Assembly: GCA_043753995.1 (NCBI GenBank)
Contig: JAYUVP010000343.1
Location: forward strand, 1 to 17,412
Direction of reading: 5' to 3'
Origin: Fibrobacterota bacterium
Lineage (GTDB): Bacteria > Fibrobacterota > Fibrobacteria > UBA11236
Length of the DNA: 17,412 nucleotides
Shown here: positions 1 to 7,515 of the stretch, piece by piece
How the letters are laid out: every line of letters starts with the position of its first letter
How positions within the stretch are numbered: the stretch's first letter is position 1
Notes under the pieces: generated by a model
Told to the model about the DNA's origin: nothing
The model's input: only the letters and a program-made list of their open reading frames with translations
Database searches by the model: none
Program-made: the position numbers and the translations under genes

Positions 1-432
1 CCGCGCGCGAAACTCATGCACGGAGGATTCCTTGGCGCGCAAGGCTTGCCGTAAAAAATCGGAAAGCGACGTGAAAGCGAAAAAGGCGCCCGCCAAAATC
101 AAGGTAACACCCTGCGTATCCCACGGTCCGCGCGTTGCCGCCGTCACTAACAAGAGGATCAAATAAGCCGCCGTGGCCGCCAGCTTCAGTGCCATGGGTC
201 CGCGAATCACATGGGGATCCGGGTTATTGGCCAAATGGCGCAAGACCAGGGCATTGAGGCCAAGATCAGCTAGCGGCAATACCACGGAGGCATAGGAAAG
301 CACGAGGCCCAAGGCCCCGTATCGATTCGGCCCCAGGGCATTGGCCACCAGGAATTGAAACAAAGACATGCCGACCCGCGCCAAGCCTTCGCCGGTCAGG
401 GTGGCCACGGCTCCCCAGGGTAAGCGCTTCAT
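1..432 (-). CDS. Wzx/oligosaccharide flippase-family (polysaccharide biosynthesis) membrane protein, 3'-truncated by the window edge
   Basis: Not in the ORF track; translated by hand. ATG at 432 overlaps the upstream TGA (ATGA, 429-432) and the frame is open to position 1: MKRLPWGAVATLTGEGLARVGMSLFQFLVANALGPNRYGALGLVLSYASVVLPLADLGLNALVLRHLA... The LGPxxYG and DLGL motifs and successive hydrophobic helices are typical of the Wzx/MOP flippase N-terminus. Confidence 0.8.
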   Translation of the reverse strand, partial: MKRLPWGAVATLTGEGLARVGMSLFQFLVANALGPNRYGALGLVLSYASVVLPLADLGLNALVLRHLANNPDPHVIRGPMALKLAATAAYLILLLVTAATRGPWDTQGVTLILAGAFFAFTSLSDFLRQALRAKESSVHEFRAR

Positions 433-1454
433 TCGGGCAACAACACTCCCCAAGTGCCCGCGCCCGCCTGCGCGATTAACCAATGCAAGCGCCGCTCCCC
501 TGGATCGATATGGTGGGCGAAGGCGGTGAGGCCTTTGACCCGGCTCAGAAAGCAATAGGCTCCCAAGGCTTGCATGACGCGCTGCATGCCTGCCAAGAGA
601 AAAGCCGAGCGCATGCTTGCGAAAGATTCATTGTGCAGGGATTTGGCGTGGTAATAGCGCAGCAATTCTTCGATGCATGCATCGTCCAGGCCGATATAGG
701 GATCGAGCAAGAGCGAAGCAAGGTCATAGAAAATCGACCCTAGGCGGCTGCCCTGATAGTCGATGACATGCAAGGCCCCCTCGGGAGCGACCATGAGATT
801 CTGCGATTGATAATCGCGATGCATGACTGCCTTGGGCTGGGCGTCAACCTGGGTGGCCAGGCTTTCGAATAGCGGTTGCAAGCGTGCCGTGGACCCGGTG
901 GAAAGGTGGCGGTGGCCTTCCAGGTATTGCACCCGGAAATAAGATGTCTCCCAAAGCAATTGCTCGCGATCGAAATGGCGCGAGCGTATGTCGGGGCATT
1001 CTTGATGCAAGGCTTGGCAGCGCGTTTGCAATTCAATCAGCAAATCGACGGCGCGGCGATAAGCGTCGACCAGAATTTCAGGCTCGCCCGCACCGACATG
1101 ATTGATGCGGGCCGTCACTGCCAAGTCATAGAGACGGCGATCGCCCAAGTCTTCGAGTACCACTTGCTGCGCGGCATCGTCGATGCAATACACCATGGGC
1201 ACCGGAAAGCGCACTAGGCGATAGAATTGGGTAATGCGCAGAAAGCGACCGAAGTCGGCATCATCGCTGGGTGACTGCAAAACGATGACGCTGCGCAAAC
1301 CTTGGCGCAATCGCCAATAGAGGCGGCGCGATCCCGCCACGCCCGCCAAGCTGATGGCGCAAGACGCTTCGAAGCCATAGCGCGTGAGAAAAGAGGCGAT
1401 GACAGGGGAGAGTTCGGAAAAGCGCAAAACCGGAGGTGAGGCAGACATGGCCAT
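429..1454 (-). CDS. Aminoglycoside/choline-kinase-fold phosphotransferase, AmgK-like (anomeric amino-sugar kinase family)
   Basis: Motifs AGSRRLYWR, VVLEDLGD, catalytic HRDYQSQNLM, metal-binding VIDYQG, YDLASLLLDPY and QRVMQALGAY. Start moved from 1496 to ATG 1454 because an extended -10 element lies 6 nt upstream of it. Confidence 0.85.
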   Translation of the reverse strand: MAMSASPPVLRFSELSPVIASFLTRYGFEASCAISLAGVAGSRRLYWRLRQGLRSVIVLQSPSDDADFGRFLRITQFYRLVRFPVPMVYCIDDAAQQVVLEDLGDRRLYDLAVTARINHVGAGEPEILVDAYRRAVDLLIELQTRCQALHQECPDIRSRHFDREQLLWETSYFRVQYLEGHRHLSTGSTARLQPLFESLATQVDAQPKAVMHRDYQSQNLMVAPEGALHVIDYQGSRLGSIFYDLASLLLDPYIGLDDACIEELLRYYHAKSLHNESFASMRSAFLLAGMQRVMQALGAYCFLSRVKGLTAFAHHIDPGERRLHWLIAQAGAGTWGVLLPE

Positions 1455-1460
1455 GAAGTT

Positions 1461-1469
1461 AGGATAACA
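1461..1469 (-). promoter_or_regulatory. Extended -10 element (TGtTATCCT) 6 nt before the ATG at 1454; probable leaderless promoter
   Basis: Minus strand reads TGTTATCCT-AACTTC-ATG. Confidence 0.5.
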
Positions 1470-1487
1470 CCTCGAAAAAATTCGAGG
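1470..1487. other. Perfect 7-bp inverted repeat CCTCGAA-N4-TTCGAGG; terminator of the upstream small gene or an operator
   Basis: Read directly. Lies between the stop at 1515 and the -10 element of the kinase gene. Confidence 0.4.
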
Positions 1488-1514
1488 CCATGTCATTTAC
1501 GGGAGGAAAGGGCG

Positions 1515-1742
1515 TCAGCCCAACATGTCGAGCAAGGTGCCAAGCATTTCATCCTGGGTTTTCACCGAGGCGGCATTGGCTTTGAGCATGGCGGGATCGG
1601 TATGCATTTCCGCCAAATCCTGGGTCATATCGCTTTCGCCCGTTTCGTCGACGCTAGCCTTGGCTATGCGCTTGGCGCGGTCAGCATGGGTTTGCATGGC
1701 GCGCTGCATACCACCGATGGAAGAAGAAAGACCGGTTTCCAT
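1515..1742 (-). CDS. Small flagellar basal-body rod/hook terminal-domain-like protein (Flg_bbr_C-like), stand-alone
   Basis: N-terminus SSSIGGMQRA...AKRIA and C-terminus DMTQDLAEM...LKANAASVKTQDEMLGTLLDM resemble the D0 termini of FlgC/FlgE/FlgG (ANAxxxxTxDxMLxxLxx). Strong RBS GGAGGT 6 nt upstream. Confidence 0.7.
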   Translation of the reverse strand: METGLSSSIGGMQRAMQTHADRAKRIAKASVDETGESDMTQDLAEMHTDPAMLKANAASVKTQDEMLGTLLDMLG

Positions 1743-1748
1743 ATGCGG

Positions 1749-1754
1749 ACCTCC
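1749..1754 (-). promoter_or_regulatory. Shine-Dalgarno sequence GGAGGT
   Basis: Minus strand reads GGAGGT-CCGCAT-ATG (ATG at 1742). Confidence 0.7.
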
Positions 1755-1903
1755 GGAAAAAGGGACCTACCTGCCCTAGGTTATGTCCTGGGAGGGAACA
1801 AAGTCGAGAAAGAAAGAAATCCGTCCTTGGGCGAACTGGCGGCCTTTGAAGCGGATTTGGGGTTTTGGAAGGTGCGGCTACGGGAGCCAGCACAAATACC
1901 CTA

Positions 1904-1922
1904 GGGCTCCGGAGCCCGGAGC
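1904..1922 (-). terminator. GC-rich hairpin/palindrome immediately after the beta-helix gene stop; possible terminator or processing stem
   Basis: GGGCTCCGGAGCCC (1904-1917) is a perfect 14-bp palindrome. An alternative stem is GCTCCGG-N3-CCGGAGC. The U-tract is weak. Confidence 0.3.
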
Positions 1923-3457
1923 TAAAACGGCGCGAAGGGGTCCTTGGTGATGCGTTCTTGCGGACCGCCCCATAGGCCGATGTCGCCGCGCGTACCGTCG
2001 GTGTTACGTAGCCCACGCGCCGGATGGCCGGCATTTTTCAAGGAGCTATACTCGGATAGCCGATAAGGCCCTTGGCCGCGAGGTTTGAACTCTTTCGCTC
2101 CCTCTTCCTTTTTCCACCACTTCCAACGGGTGCGTTTTTCGGCCGCGGCCATGGCCGTGTCCTTGATCAAATGGTCGGGCGTGTCATAGCGGGGATCGGC
2201 GGCGCGCTGGGCGACAAAGGCGGCGGAATTCACGAAATACGGATCGGCACGCAAATTTCCGAATTTGTCGGTGGAGTCAGGAATCCCACCTTCGCCAAGA
2301 GGCAAAACATCGTGGGCGCAGCGATAACAGTCCTCTTCGGCATTCCCCTGAAAGGCATTGTATTCCAGGCTGGCGACCTTATGGCCGTCGGCCCAAATGC
2401 CATAGCCGCGATTCTCCCAGAATACCGAATTGACGACATGCGGCGCCGCGTTTTCGATATACAGCCCGGTGCTGCGATTGCGGGCGAAGACGGAATTCAA
2501 TACCGTCACATCGCCGCGACGGTCAGTCCAGAGTCCGGTATTATTATCCTCGAATAAACAGTGATGAATGTAAAAGTCAGAACGCTCAGTATAGAGCCCG
2601 ATATTGCCGCCGTGAAATTCGGTGAAGGCCACCTCGGCCCGCCCTTCGCGCTGGCCCAGGACGCGAATCGCATCCCAGGGGGGTGCCCCCTGGGTCGTGT
2701 CGGCGGGTAAAAAACGCACCGGGTGCTTCGGCGTGCCAATGCAATAAAAAGCACCTTCCACCGTGAGGGTGGTATACACCGAATCGCTGAAATCCTTGGG
2801 TGGCGGAGGCATCAATGGATCGCGTTCGGTTTTTTTGGCGGCCACTTTATCGCCATGGCCGTCTTCGCCATCGTGTTCCGAATCGTGACTCGCATCATGA
2901 TCCGTTTCACCTTTGGCGGAATGCTTTCCAGCTGCGCCCTGCTCGGCCACGTCAGGCCCCGAGGCTTTCGGCTTTGCCCCGTGGCTTGTACTCGATGAGG
3001 CATCAGGGCAAGGTTTGGATTTCCCAGACAGACGGATTTCAACGCCGGCCTCAATGCGCAATTGCGAATTGAAAGGGATGAAAACATCCCCGGTGATGCG
3101 ATAGGGGCTGCCGAATAAAGTCCACTCTTGCGGCAATTTATATGTGCCGCAAATATCGGTGCCTGGCCGAGACTCTTCCGCCTTGGCCTTAGGCGGATCC
3201 TCGTGTGCATCCTTCGCAGAGGCTTTCGCCTTGCCATGGGCAGGCTCGGATTCCGTCTTGGCATGACTCGCTTTGACTTCGTGTTTGGGTGTCGTTTTGC
3301 TTTTTGTTTTTGTTGCGCTAGGCTTGTGCTCCTGCTCATGCGCTGGAGCATGGGACGGTGCCTTTGCGGGCGCATGATCTTCGGAGGCCATGGCAGACAT
3401 GGCCAAAAGCAAGGCAGGGAAGGCTGCTTGGCTGCGAAACCTATTTGTAGCCCTCAT
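1922..3457 (-). CDS. Secreted right-handed parallel beta-helix repeat protein with His-rich low-complexity segments
   Basis: Signal peptide MRATNRFRSQAAFPALLLAMSAMA/SED; alternative starts at 3487 or 3601. WTLFGSPYRITGD...IEAGVEI and TVEG...GTPKHPVRF cap motifs; beta-helix repeats (HCLFEDNNTGL, NSVFARNRSTGL, NSVFWENRGYGI, YNAFQGN); C-terminal ADPYF...YRL...S...AG...DGTRGDIGLWGG. Confidence 0.75.
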   Translation of the reverse strand: MRATNRFRSQAAFPALLLAMSAMASEDHAPAKAPSHAPAHEQEHKPSATKTKSKTTPKHEVKASHAKTESEPAHGKAKASAKDAHEDPPKAKAEESRPGTDICGTYKLPQEWTLFGSPYRITGDVFIPFNSQLRIEAGVEIRLSGKSKPCPDASSSTSHGAKPKASGPDVAEQGAAGKHSAKGETDHDASHDSEHDGEDGHGDKVAAKKTERDPLMPPPPKDFSDSVYTTLTVEGAFYCIGTPKHPVRFLPADTTQGAPPWDAIRVLGQREGRAEVAFTEFHGGNIGLYTERSDFYIHHCLFEDNNTGLWTDRRGDVTVLNSVFARNRSTGLYIENAAPHVVNSVFWENRGYGIWADGHKVASLEYNAFQGNAEEDCYRCAHDVLPLGEGGIPDSTDKFGNLRADPYFVNSAAFVAQRAADPRYDTPDHLIKDTAMAAAEKRTRWKWWKKEEGAKEFKPRGQGPYRLSEYSSLKNAGHPARGLRNTDGTRGDIGLWGGPQERITKDPFAPF

Positions 3458-3503
3458 TGCCCTGACGCATTGCCCGAACGGTGACATGAAGCGGCCCTTG
3501 AAG

Positions 3504-3597
3504 TCCTGGCGAAAGGAAAACCCGTGCCTCCCAAGGAGGTACGCTTGGCTTTGATTGTAGGATGCCGCAGGACCACGGATCAAGCCGTTCGCCTGGA
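3504..3597 (+). ncRNA. Candidate structured cis-regulatory RNA (three-stem junction; partial ZMP/ZTP-riboswitch resemblance)
   Basis: Pairings read by eye: 3504-3513 with 3588-3597 (9/10), 3523-3531 with 3535-3543 (9 bp including one G-U) and 3546-3555 with 3579-3587 (one bulge). No covariance search was run. Confidence 0.25.
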
Positions 3598-3690
3598 GCA
3601 AACGTTTTGTTTTGGGAATAAGAGCTTGTAAAGAATGGGAAGGCGTAGATTCCGAGGTACAGGCAGTATTTCGTGCCTGGGAGCGCCCTC

Positions 3691-6549
3691 ATGACATACA
3701 CCTATCGAATGCTTGCCATTCTTGGCATTTGCATGCAGACAGCTTTGGCGAATGGCACCTGGGAAATCATCCCTGGAAGGGTGGCCGATAAGCCGACCTA
3801 TTTGGTGGGGGTGCGCGACTCTTTGTGGGTTGGTCTAGAAGACAGTTTGATGGTTGTGGATTCCAGCCAACAAGTCGCCAAACGAATGATTTTGCCCTTC
3901 GGAGCGCCCCCAAAGGATATTCGCTGGGATTTTGGACTCCTTCTTGCCACGACCGGCGATAAGACCTGGAAGTCGAATGACACGGGAAAAACTTGGATGC
4001 TATGCGATGGCGTTTGCCACCAAGTTCCGCCAGTGCAGAAATTCGTCTCAACCTATTTGCATGCGGGTTACCCAGGTCGCATGCAATTCGGTTCTCGTGA
4101 TGTAGGGATACTGAATACATCCAAGGGTAGACTCGTCTCCGTGACCGGTGCGGTTTTACGACAATCCTTGGACCCATTGAAACCCGAATGGACCCTTGTC
4201 GCCCATGGCTGGAGGGAAGGCATAGCCCCAGAATTATATCGCGTGGCCCGAGGAATACTGGCCATACCCGAGTTTAGATATGGCGACTCCGCTGGGATTC
4301 CGGTGCCTGGGACCCGCCGAATAATGCTTTCAAAGGATGAAGGAGACACCTGGGAACAGGTTCGTCCCGAGGACTCCTATTGCATTTCAGCGGTCGAGTC
4401 CCAAGGCAAATGGCTTTGCCAGTCCGATTGGGATTCCATTGCCATTTCAAGTGACGCAGGTCAAACGTGGAAATCGGTTGAGGTTCATCCAGCGGACACC
4501 GTGTCAGGGGGCCTGGTCAAGTATGTCTACCACAGTGAAGAAGATTGGGTGGTGGTCAGCGAAACTCAAGGGAAAATCCGCTTCTTCTTTTCCGAAAACC
4601 AAGGGCAAACCTGGGTCGATAGGACTCCCAGTTCCGCTACGGTCCATGTCTTATCTGGGCCGATTTATCGTGTCGATACCAGTTGGATTTTGTTTGCTTC
4701 GAACGGGTTATTTATAACCTCGAACTCGGGAAAATCGTGGACTCGTAAGGCCCTACCCTCCCAAAATGCAAGCGAGGATCGATTTATCTCCAGCGCAAGT
4801 AAAACAAAACTTTGGTATACCCGGCATGACGGAAACCGCTTTAGCTCAAACGATTTGGGCACTTCCTGGAAACCGGAAAATTCCGATGCGATTGACCGCC
4901 TTCCTTTGGGTCAGGATGGCCTATTGATTGGGTATCAGGGAGGGAGCAAAAAAGCATCTCTGGATGAAGGTTCGACTTGGACCTCTCTCAATATCCCGCT
5001 TTTTTGGACAGCGTCAAAGCAAAGAATGGTCGGCAAGCATTGGTTTTTGTTGACCTCGATAGGCCTATACGCTACCGAAGACTCCGGCAAAAGCTGGCAA
5101 TCGAAACTATTGGTTTTGGGCGGGGATGAGTCCGTTGCATTCTATGACATGGACATGAAAGGCGACTCACTCGCATTTGCTTCGAATCTGGGAGTTATCA
5201 AGACGACATTGAATTTGACGAATAACATTGTCTTGCCTCTGGATTGGAGTGGTTCGTCCCACTACTGGGTTCGATTTGAAAAGAATACCATCTTGGCCTA
5301 CGACGACGACTTTTTTCTCGCCTATTACCTTCCCGCTCAAAAGCATTTTTTAAATATCAAAACCACCAGTCCAAGGCAGCCTTCGGTGGCGGCGGATCGC
5401 ATTTATTGGTTAAGCGCGGGATACACATACACTCAAAAAATCGGCGACTCGCTCCCATCCCTGGCAATGCCGCAGCTAGGACTCAAGAATCCTCTGCCCG
5501 AGGGTGACAAAAGGCAATTGGCTGTTTGCAAAGGGGTACTCTACTGTCTCACAAGTGTGGGCCTCTTTCAGAGCCTGGATACTGGAAAAACTTGGATTGA
5601 AATTCCTAAGCCTATTTCACCAACACATGGATTCGAGCAATTGAAGCAAGGATGGAAAGGGATGTTGATATCCAATAGCCTCGAAACCTGGTATCGCTCG
5701 GAAGAGAGGGCCCAATGGAAGAAATTGACGGCTCCAAATCAATGGCCCGGCTCCTATTATCTCACCTCGGATTCGCTGCTGGTGATCTGCGATAATAAAA
5801 TGGGAAGTAAGATAAAGTGTTCCGCCTTAAGGCATCCAGATTCCAACTGGGTGTCGCTGGATACAATAAAAGGTGGATGGGTGGGTGGGTGGAATGAAAA
5901 GCTATTCACGGCCTCGGGAACCCAATTGATGATTCTCGACAGCGTAAAGGGCCAATGGCGGGCCGCATTCAATGGCTTGTGTGATAACAAAACAATTCAT
6001 AGCCTAGGCAAGAGGATAGCGGCCAGAGAAACTTGTGGAGAAACCAAGGTTTGGGTGTCTTCCAATCGCGGCGACACCTGGAGAATGGCGGTGGCCGGGG
6101 ATTCGCTGCCCGATTTCTTAAACCTGGTAGAAAATCCACCCTATTATGCTTGGAATGTGTCAGGGATAACCTATGTCTCGAATCATGAAAAGACCCTATC
6201 CAATAGCAGCATTCGTGTTCTCTCCATGGTCGTCATGGGCAATAAAGTGATTATCGCCACACCTAAAGAACTTTATCGCGTGGATTTTCTAGAAGACGCA
6301 ACACCGATTGGGGACAGCCCCAGTCGCGTATTGAAAAAATTGCCCCGCCTCACGCGGCAAAATGCAAAGGGCGGAATGGTTTTAAGTTTCGACAATCCGA
6401 TACGGCAGGCCTGGGTGGTCACGGTGCTCGACATGAATGGGCGCATGAATTATCGCAGTGAGCCCAGAGTTTTTGCCGCTGGTCATTGCGATTGGACCCT
6501 CCCCGCAGCCCAGGGATTTTCGGTGGTTCAGCTTGAGACCCGGCCCTAG
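3691..6549 (+). CDS. Large secreted Asp-box/BNR-repeat beta-propeller protein (YCF48/VPS10/sialidase-like) with a T9SS-CTD-like C-terminus
   Basis: Signal peptide MTYTYRMLAILGICMQTALA/N with GGGAG RBS before ATG 3691 (the ORF track uses GTG 3673). About 10 SxDxGxTW boxes: SNDTGKTW, SKDEGDTW, SSDAGQTW, SENQGQTW, TSNSGKSW, SNDLGTSW, SLDEGSTW, TEDSGKSW, SLDTGKTW, SSNRGDTW. Tail contains VTVLDMNGR...GFSVVQL. Confidence 0.8.
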   Translation: MTYTYRMLAILGICMQTALANGTWEIIPGRVADKPTYLVGVRDSLWVGLEDSLMVVDSSQQVAKRMILPFGAPPKDIRWDFGLLLATTGDKTWKSNDTGKTWMLCDGVCHQVPPVQKFVSTYLHAGYPGRMQFGSRDVGILNTSKGRLVSVTGAVLRQSLDPLKPEWTLVAHGWREGIAPELYRVARGILAIPEFRYGDSAGIPVPGTRRIMLSKDEGDTWEQVRPEDSYCISAVESQGKWLCQSDWDSIAISSDAGQTWKSVEVHPADTVSGGLVKYVYHSEEDWVVVSETQGKIRFFFSENQGQTWVDRTPSSATVHVLSGPIYRVDTSWILFASNGLFITSNSGKSWTRKALPSQNASEDRFISSASKTKLWYTRHDGNRFSSNDLGTSWKPENSDAIDRLPLGQDGLLIGYQGGSKKASLDEGSTWTSLNIPLFWTASKQRMVGKHWFLLTSIGLYATEDSGKSWQSKLLVLGGDESVAFYDMDMKGDSLAFASNLGVIKTTLNLTNNIVLPLDWSGSSHYWVRFEKNTILAYDDDFFLAYYLPAQKHFLNIKTTSPRQPSVAADRIYWLSAGYTYTQKIGDSLPSLAMPQLGLKNPLPEGDKRQLAVCKGVLYCLTSVGLFQSLDTGKTWIEIPKPISPTHGFEQLKQGWKGMLISNSLETWYRSEERAQWKKLTAPNQWPGSYYLTSDSLLVICDNKMGSKIKCSALRHPDSNWVSLDTIKGGWVGGWNEKLFTASGTQLMILDSVKGQWRAAFNGLCDNKTIHSLGKRIAARETCGETKVWVSSNRGDTWRMAVAGDSLPDFLNLVENPPYYAWNVSGITYVSNHEKTLSNSSIRVLSMVVMGNKVIIATPKELYRVDFLEDATPIGDSPSRVLKKLPRLTRQNAKGGMVLSFDNPIRQAWVVTVLDMNGRMNYRSEPRVFAAGHCDWTLPAAQGFSVVQLETRP

Positions 6550-7370
6550 CCGCCTCTGGACAAAGCGATTTGCGCGGCGGCATAACCCGCCCCGAAGCCA
6601 TTGCCGATATTCACCACGGTCAGCCCGGGCGCACAACTCTGAAGCATGGCCATCAAGGCGCCTTGGCCGGCGCCGCCATGGCCGTAACCTACCGGTGTCG
6701 GCAGGCCGATGACCGGCCTCGGAGTGAGTCCGGCGACTACGCTGGCCAGGGCCGCGTCCATACCGGCGGCGACAATCAAGGCTGAAGCCTGGCGCAAGCG
6801 ATGGGCTTGATCCAGTAGGCGATGCAAACCCGCCACGCCCACATCGGCCATTCTTTCCACGCGGCAACCCATGAGAGCCGCCGTGAGGGCCGCCTCTTCG
6901 GCTGTGGGCCAATCCACCGTTCCGCCGGATATCACCAGGACATCGGTACTCGGTTCGCCCTTTTCATCCTGGCTCGCCTTGCTGCGCCGCAAGGGAGCGG
7001 GTTGAAAATCCGGCGCGGTGTGGCCGCGACCCAAGATTTTCAGGGCAAGCCTTTGCCCCAATCCGTTATCGGCGATATAAGCGCAATGAGCCAAGGCATG
7101 ATAACGCAAAGCTGGCAATTGTCGCCTTAATTTGGGGAAGAACGCCGCGTCCAGACGGGTAATCAGCAAGGTCTCCCCTTGCTGGGCAAGCACCTGGGCA
7201 ATGCTCGAAATTTGCTCGAGGCTTTTGCCCTCGCCGTAAATGACTTCCGCGAAACCCTTGCGGGCCAATCTACCGGTATCGACGCGGGCAAAACCCAAAT
7301 TTTGATATTCGGTCGCTGCCGAATTTGCTTTCGCCGAGGAGCTGGGATTGGAAGGAGAGTGAGGCCGCAT
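6546..7370 (-). CDS. larB: Nickel-pincer cofactor biosynthesis protein LarB (PurE/NCAIR-mutase-like)
   Basis: LGFARVDTGRLARKGFAEVIYGEGK, LITR, GTVD..TAEEA, DVGVAGLHRL, IVAAGMD.AL.SVVAGL, PVIGLPT.VGYG and AMLQSCAPGLTVVNI.NGFGA. Confidence 0.9.
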   Translation of the reverse strand: MRPHSPSNPSSSAKANSAATEYQNLGFARVDTGRLARKGFAEVIYGEGKSLEQISSIAQVLAQQGETLLITRLDAAFFPKLRRQLPALRYHALAHCAYIADNGLGQRLALKILGRGHTAPDFQPAPLRRSKASQDEKGEPSTDVLVISGGTVDWPTAEEAALTAALMGCRVERMADVGVAGLHRLLDQAHRLRQASALIVAAGMDAALASVVAGLTPRPVIGLPTPVGYGHGGAGQGALMAMLQSCAPGLTVVNIGNGFGAGYAAAQIALSRGG

Positions 7371-7376
7371 AAAGCC

Positions 7377-7382
7377 AAATTA
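7377..7382 (-). promoter_or_regulatory. -10-like hexamer TAATTT 6 nt before the larB ATG; probable leaderless promoter
   Basis: Minus strand reads TAATTT-GGCTTT-ATG with no SD sequence. Confidence 0.4.
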
Positions 7383-7515
7383 GGCAAAGCCTGGGCCTTC
7401 ACTGTACCTCGAAGTATGGGAAATTGGGAAGATGGGTAGAATTTCGCCCAATCCTTGGATAAAAAAAGCCAGCCCTAAAGTGAGTCGCGCCCTATGTTAA
7501 CCCAACCGAATCGAG

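Noticed and set aside
1817..1858. Inverted repeat AAATCCG...CGGATTT followed by CTTTCTTT on the minus strand
   Set aside because: The 28-nt interior pairs poorly, so it is too weak to call as a terminator.
3490..3510. Minus-strand GGACTTCAA resembling the tRNA-Sec anticodon arm, and plus-strand GGCCCTTGAAG resembling SAM-I or 6S RNA fragments
   Set aside because: No anticodon stem pairing and no T-loop; the other SAM-I and 6S elements are absent.
3488..3601. N-terminal extension of the beta-helix ORF from TTG 3601
   Set aside because: It would bury an otherwise typical signal peptide about 48 residues inside the protein, and there is no SD sequence.
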